From an uncultured Desulfatitalea sp. (GTDB taxonomy: Bacteria; Desulfobacterota; Desulfobacteria; Desulfobacterales; Desulfosarcinaceae): DNA of 64,000 bases. The notes beneath the pieces were generated by a model that was not told the origin of the DNA, made no database searches, and saw nothing but the letters and a program-made list of their open reading frames with translations. This document shows positions 60,063 through 64,000 of this stretch, one piece after another (position 1 is the stretch's first letter; each line of letters opens with the position of its first letter). The position numbers and the translations under genes are program-made. The stretch spans positions 1,952,001 to 2,016,000 of the forward strand of contig CAXXMB010000002.1 in NCBI GenBank assembly GCA_963668675.2, read 5' to 3'.

Positions 60063-61160
60063 TTACATGGCTGCAGCCAGCTCGTCCGAGCCGATGAGCT
60101 GCTGAAAGCGGGTCGGTTCGGAGAAGTAGAGGTCGATGGCCGGGCGGACACCCAGGTCGTCCACCACCCGAATGCCCTCCCGCAGATAGCGGTACTGCTC
60201 TTGGACATCGCGTTGGTCCAGGGATTCGGTAATCTCCTTCTGCATCGGACCGGACAAAAGACGGTCAAAGATCTCCGGCATCAACCGGGCCACCAGGCCG
60301 CCCACAATGGCCTCTTCTACGGCCATCCACTCGTGGACCACCGCTTCCACCTCTTGAATATTTTTCGGTTTGATCTGCTCCAACTTGCCCCGGATGGCTG
60401 TTTCGGTGGCCGAACGCAAAGCGATGTGCAGCGTCTCCTCGATAGGGGCCACCAGCACATTGACGGGATTCTTGGCGCTGTTCTGCCACAAGGTGTACGG
60501 ATCCCGGATAAATTCGACCTGGCTGTCCTCGCCGAAGGTGAGCCGCGAGGTGTAGGAGCCGATCCTGCCGGTGAAGACGCGGTTGCTCAGCTTGATCTTT
60601 ATTTTTGTCCCGCTCTCCTCCGGTTTGAAAAAGAGATACTCTTCGACATATTCGTCAGCGATGTTGTGAACCAGGTAAGCAGTGACGCCTCTCCCGGGTG
60701 TCTCGCTCTCCAGCGCCACCGGCCCATCGAGGGTTTCGATCTGCAGATAGGGATTGGCCAGTTGGGTGCGATCCAGAGCATAACCTATGGCGCTGCGGCA
60801 GTACCCCTCGAACAGGCGGGCATACTCCTGCCGCCGTTCGGGAACGACCAGAAGCCGCTTGCTCGACCCCGACAGCTTCCAGTTGAGCTTCTCGGCCTCC
60901 AGGCGGCTCTGGATCTGTTCGAGCAGCTCTCTGTTCTGATTGAGATAGGCCAGGTTTTCGCGATTGAGGTGCCGGTCGAATTCACCTTCACTGTCGGACA
61001 GCAGCAGCAGTGGCGCCTCAAGATGATCGCCCTTGAGGAAATACATCAGACGCGAATAATCAACCGGGCTGACATCGGAAGAAGTGGCCCAGACGGGTGC
61101 CGCCCCTATGAGCAGGCCGGCAGAGATAACGGCTAAAGCTTTTGAAAAGAGCTGGTACAT
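60063..61160 (-). CDS. Hypothetical exported protein
   Basis: GGAGG RBS, signal-peptide-like N-terminus, 365 aa. Confidence 0.75.
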   Translation of the reverse strand: MYQLFSKALAVISAGLLIGAAPVWATSSDVSPVDYSRLMYFLKGDHLEAPLLLLSDSEGEFDRHLNRENLAYLNQNRELLEQIQSRLEAEKLNWKLSGSSKRLLVVPERRQEYARLFEGYCRSAIGYALDRTQLANPYLQIETLDGPVALESETPGRGVTAYLVHNIADEYVEEYLFFKPEESGTKIKIKLSNRVFTGRIGSYTSRLTFGEDSQVEFIRDPYTLWQNSAKNPVNVLVAPIEETLHIALRSATETAIRGKLEQIKPKNIQEVEAVVHEWMAVEEAIVGGLVARLMPEIFDRLLSGPMQKEITESLDQRDVQEQYRYLREGIRVVDDLGVRPAIDLYFSEPTRFQQLIGSDELAAAM

Positions 61161-61582
61161 GTGATCCTCCGCAACTGGGGCTCGATTCGGCCTTACGACA
61201 CAATGCCGGACACCCCGATATGGGAACAGCAAGAAGCAGGCCAAGCCGCCATAAGCCCCAGTGGTGCCAAAAAAAATTTCAACGTACTGACTTTTTAATA
61301 AATATCAATTTAGGCCGCATGCGATGTCACCTTTTCTATCACTGGTGACATGATGGCGTCACAGCACCGTCCGAATTTGCGCTGAAAATTTGACGAAAAA
61401 CGGCAATCGCACCCTGACCCCATATCTTCGCGACAAACGGGCCGACAAAAGTGTCGGCACGGTGCAAATCGCCTCAAAAGAGATATTTACAACCAGCGCC
61501 GGAACGGGTAATGTCCCGGCTGTTTACCGGCCAGACCTCATTTTCCGGTGGATACAAATCGGTAGCTCGAAACAGGTTGCTC

Positions 61583-62725
61583 ATGAATGAACCCTTCATA
61601 AATGCCAAACATCGGGTGTTGCGCCGAACCGTGCGCGCTTTTTGCCTCGAAGAGCTGGGCCCCATCGCCGCGGAGATCGACCAGGAAGCACGTTTTCCCT
61701 GGGAGGTCGTGGAGAAGATGGGGCCATTGGGCTATTTCGGTATCCAGGCACCAAAGGAGCTGGGCGGTGCGGGTCTGGATGCCATGAGCTACGCGATCAT
61801 CATCGAAGAGGTGTCGCGTGTCAGCGGGTCCATCGGGCTCTGCCTGAGTGTCCACAACAGCGTGGCCCTCTACCCGATCCTGGCTTTCGGAACGGCCGAA
61901 CAGCACCAGCGATGGGTTCCCGATCTGGCAAGCGGACGGCGAATCGGCGCCTTCTGCCTGACCGAGCCCAATGTGGGCTCCGATGCCAGCGCCATCTCCG
62001 CAACGGCGCTGCCAACCGAGAATCACTGGCTGGTCAATGCTAACAAAGTCTTTGTCACCAACGGCGGCATTGCCGATGTCTGTTTGATCTTCGCCCGTAC
62101 CGATCCCCAGGCCGGCCGCAGAGGCATCAGCGTGGTCGTGGTCGAAAGGGGGGTCAAAGGCTTTGTGGTGGGTGATCTGGAGGACCTGTGCGGCATGCGC
62201 GCCAATCCGGTCTCCTCGATCCGCCTCTACGACTGCCAGGTGCCCAAAGAGAACCTGCTCGGGAGACTGGGGCAGGGGCTGGCCATCGGACTGGCGGCGC
62301 TGGATACCGGCCGTATCGGCATCGCTGCCCAGGCCCTCGGGATCGCCCAGGCTGCCCTGGACGAAGCGGTCCGCTATGCCAACCAGCGCCAGCAGTTCGG
62401 CGTTCCGCTGGCCCGCCATCAGGCCATCCAGATGATGATTGCCGACATGGCCACCCAGGTGGATGCCGCGCGCATGATGGTCTACCGGGCGGCCATGCTC
62501 AAGGATCAGGGCGCCCCGGTAAGTCGGGCCGCGGCCCAGGCCAAGCTCTTCGCATCCGAGGCCGCCTGCCTGGTGACCGATCTGGCCGTTCAGATCCACG
62601 GCGGCTATGGCTACTCCAAAGCCTACGCGGTCGAGCGCTACTATCGCGACGCGCGGGTGACCCGCATATATGAGGGCACCTCCGAGGTCCATCGTATGGT
62701 GATTGCAAGAGAGGTTTTAGGTTAA
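61583..62725 (+). CDS. Acyl-CoA dehydrogenase
   Basis: FCLTEPNVGSD, KVFVTNG, RQQFG, IHGGYGY, IYEGTSEV. Confidence 0.95.
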   Translation: MNEPFINAKHRVLRRTVRAFCLEELGPIAAEIDQEARFPWEVVEKMGPLGYFGIQAPKELGGAGLDAMSYAIIIEEVSRVSGSIGLCLSVHNSVALYPILAFGTAEQHQRWVPDLASGRRIGAFCLTEPNVGSDASAISATALPTENHWLVNANKVFVTNGGIADVCLIFARTDPQAGRRGISVVVVERGVKGFVVGDLEDLCGMRANPVSSIRLYDCQVPKENLLGRLGQGLAIGLAALDTGRIGIAAQALGIAQAALDEAVRYANQRQQFGVPLARHQAIQMMIADMATQVDAARMMVYRAAMLKDQGAPVSRAAAQAKLFASEAACLVTDLAVQIHGGYGYSKAYAVERYYRDARVTRIYEGTSEVHRMVIAREVLG

Positions 62726-62726
62726 A

Positions 62727-63542
62727 ATGTCCCTGCACTGCATTGTCTGCATCAAATCGGTAGTTCGCGAAGCGCCCAAGGGGATTGGGCGGCGGACGCC
62801 GGAGAACAGCGAGCTCAATCCCTACGACCGACCGGCCGTTGAGGCGGCCCTGCGTCTGAAAGAGCTGACCTGCGGCCGGGTCACCGCCCTCTCCATGGGG
62901 CCGGACGTGGGGGCCGAGGCGTTGGCCGAAACCCAGGCCATGGGGGTCGATGAGGCCATTCTGGTCAACGACAAAGCCCTGGCCGGTTCGGACACCCTGG
63001 TGACCTCCAAAGTGCTGGCTGCCGCCGTCCGGCGGGCGGCACCATTCGACCTGGTACTCTTCGGCACCCGCACTTCAGACAGCGACACCGGACAGGTCGG
63101 GCCTCAAACCGCCACGGTGCTTGGCATTCCTTTCCTGGGGGGCGTGAAGGAGATCGATCGACAGCTTGGGCAGAAGCATAAGCAGCAACCAGGGCAGCCG
63201 TCGAAACATTGGGAGATGAAGCGCCAGATGGACGACTGGGAGGAGAGTTGGGTGGTTGCCTTTCCTGCGGCCGTCACCATTCATCCGCGAGCCTTCAAGC
63301 CCCGCCCCATCCCGCTGATCGGTATCGCCCAGGCTCATGATCCACTCGACGTGCAGAGATGGGGGCTGACCGACATAGGTGTGTCGGCAGAAGAGGTGGG
63401 CCTGCACGGATCTCCCACACGGGTGGCTCAATTGGAAAAGCTCAAACGCGGCCGCACCTGCCGGATGCTCGAAGGTGAGCCCCAGGCGCAGGTCGAAGCA
63501 CTGATTGCGCATTTGAAAACCATGGGTGTAATGGCATCATGA
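62727..63542 (+). CDS. etfB: Electron transfer flavoprotein beta subunit
   Basis: CIKSV, NPYD..AVEAAL, GSDTLVT, DSDTGQVGP, GSPT. Confidence 0.93.
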   Translation: MSLHCIVCIKSVVREAPKGIGRRTPENSELNPYDRPAVEAALRLKELTCGRVTALSMGPDVGAEALAETQAMGVDEAILVNDKALAGSDTLVTSKVLAAAVRRAAPFDLVLFGTRTSDSDTGQVGPQTATVLGIPFLGGVKEIDRQLGQKHKQQPGQPSKHWEMKRQMDDWEESWVVAFPAAVTIHPRAFKPRPIPLIGIAQAHDPLDVQRWGLTDIGVSAEEVGLHGSPTRVAQLEKLKRGRTCRMLEGEPQAQVEALIAHLKTMGVMAS

Positions 63543-64000
63543 CGACCGGTGATATCTGGATATACGGCGACCTGCGCACCGCACGCCACTGGCGGGATTG
63601 CCAACGCGTTTTGACCAAAGCACAGTCACTTGCACGTGAGGCGGATGCACAGATCAGCATGCTGTTGCTGGGGGCCGGCACCTCCGACATCGCCGCTGAG
63701 TGTTCCGAACTGGATCTCTCCGCCTGCGTCCCCATGGAAGAGGCTGCCGGAGTGGCCGCCGGTCTGGGTGTCAAAAAGGTGATCTGCCTGGAGCATCCAA
63801 TGCTGCGCGTGCCGCGGTGCGACGTCTACGCTTCGGTGCTATCCGAATACATCATGAAGAACCGTCCCTGGCTGGTTCTGATGCCCCTTAACGATTTCGG
63901 CCGCGAAACAGCTGCCATATGCGCCCAGCGATGCCAAACCGGTCTTATTGCCGACTGTACCCGGATGTCCTTCGAGGCGAAGCAATTTGTCGGCCGATGC
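63539..64000 (+). CDS. etfA: Electron transfer flavoprotein alpha subunit (3' truncated by window)
   Basis: ATGA overlap with etfB; MTTGDIWIYGD...FGRETAA..A....TGLIADCT. Confidence 0.82.
   Translation, partial: MTTGDIWIYGDLRTARHWRDCQRVLTKAQSLAREADAQISMLLLGAGTSDIAAECSELDLSACVPMEEAAGVAAGLGVKKVICLEHPMLRVPRCDVYASVLSEYIMKNRPWLVLMPLNDFGRETAAICAQRCQTGLIADCTRMSFEAKQFVGRC

Noticed and set aside
61250..61365. Sigma54 promoter and TGTCACC/GGTGACA palindrome between divergent genes
   Set aside because: Weak -12 match and no cognate regulator adjacent; function cannot be supported.

Overview
The window looks like a chromosome segment from a sulfate-reducing deltaproteobacterium (Desulfobacterota-like; inferred from gene content) and has two halves. 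Positions 1-33,154 are lower-GC accessory DNA. It begins with the end of a BREX operon (pglZ, plus a brxL carrying a MIT_C/PLD-like C-terminus instead of a Lon domain). Next come an ssb / SWIM-Rad52-like annealase / PD-(D/E)XK nuclease / UvrD helicase / BglII-like / DUF932 module and a sigma54-controlled beta-oxidation cluster. There are also three IHF/HU paralogues, each followed by a DNA-acting gene, a tRNA-Gln 3' att fragment with arm-type repeats on both sides, an MCP, Mrr, and an HTH-xis-integrase module abutting tRNA-Glu(CTC). Positions 33,155-64,000 are higher-GC core genes (mltB, radA, rlmE, yebC, gltBD, cheX, thiM, nadA, lolA, kinases, acyl-CoA dehydrogenase, etfBA). The most striking observation is absent from the ORF track: two diverged copies (25153-25311, 30228-30386) of a 52-codon, two-helix membrane micro-ORF. 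Both keep an in-frame TGA in a C-R-P-U (CxxU) motif, with many synonymous changes on both sides of it, and each sits just upstream of a tRNA-derived att core. A second UGA-readthrough candidate (NPKGR-U-C) lies directly upstream of copy 1. All family assignments come from motif recognition; no database search was run.
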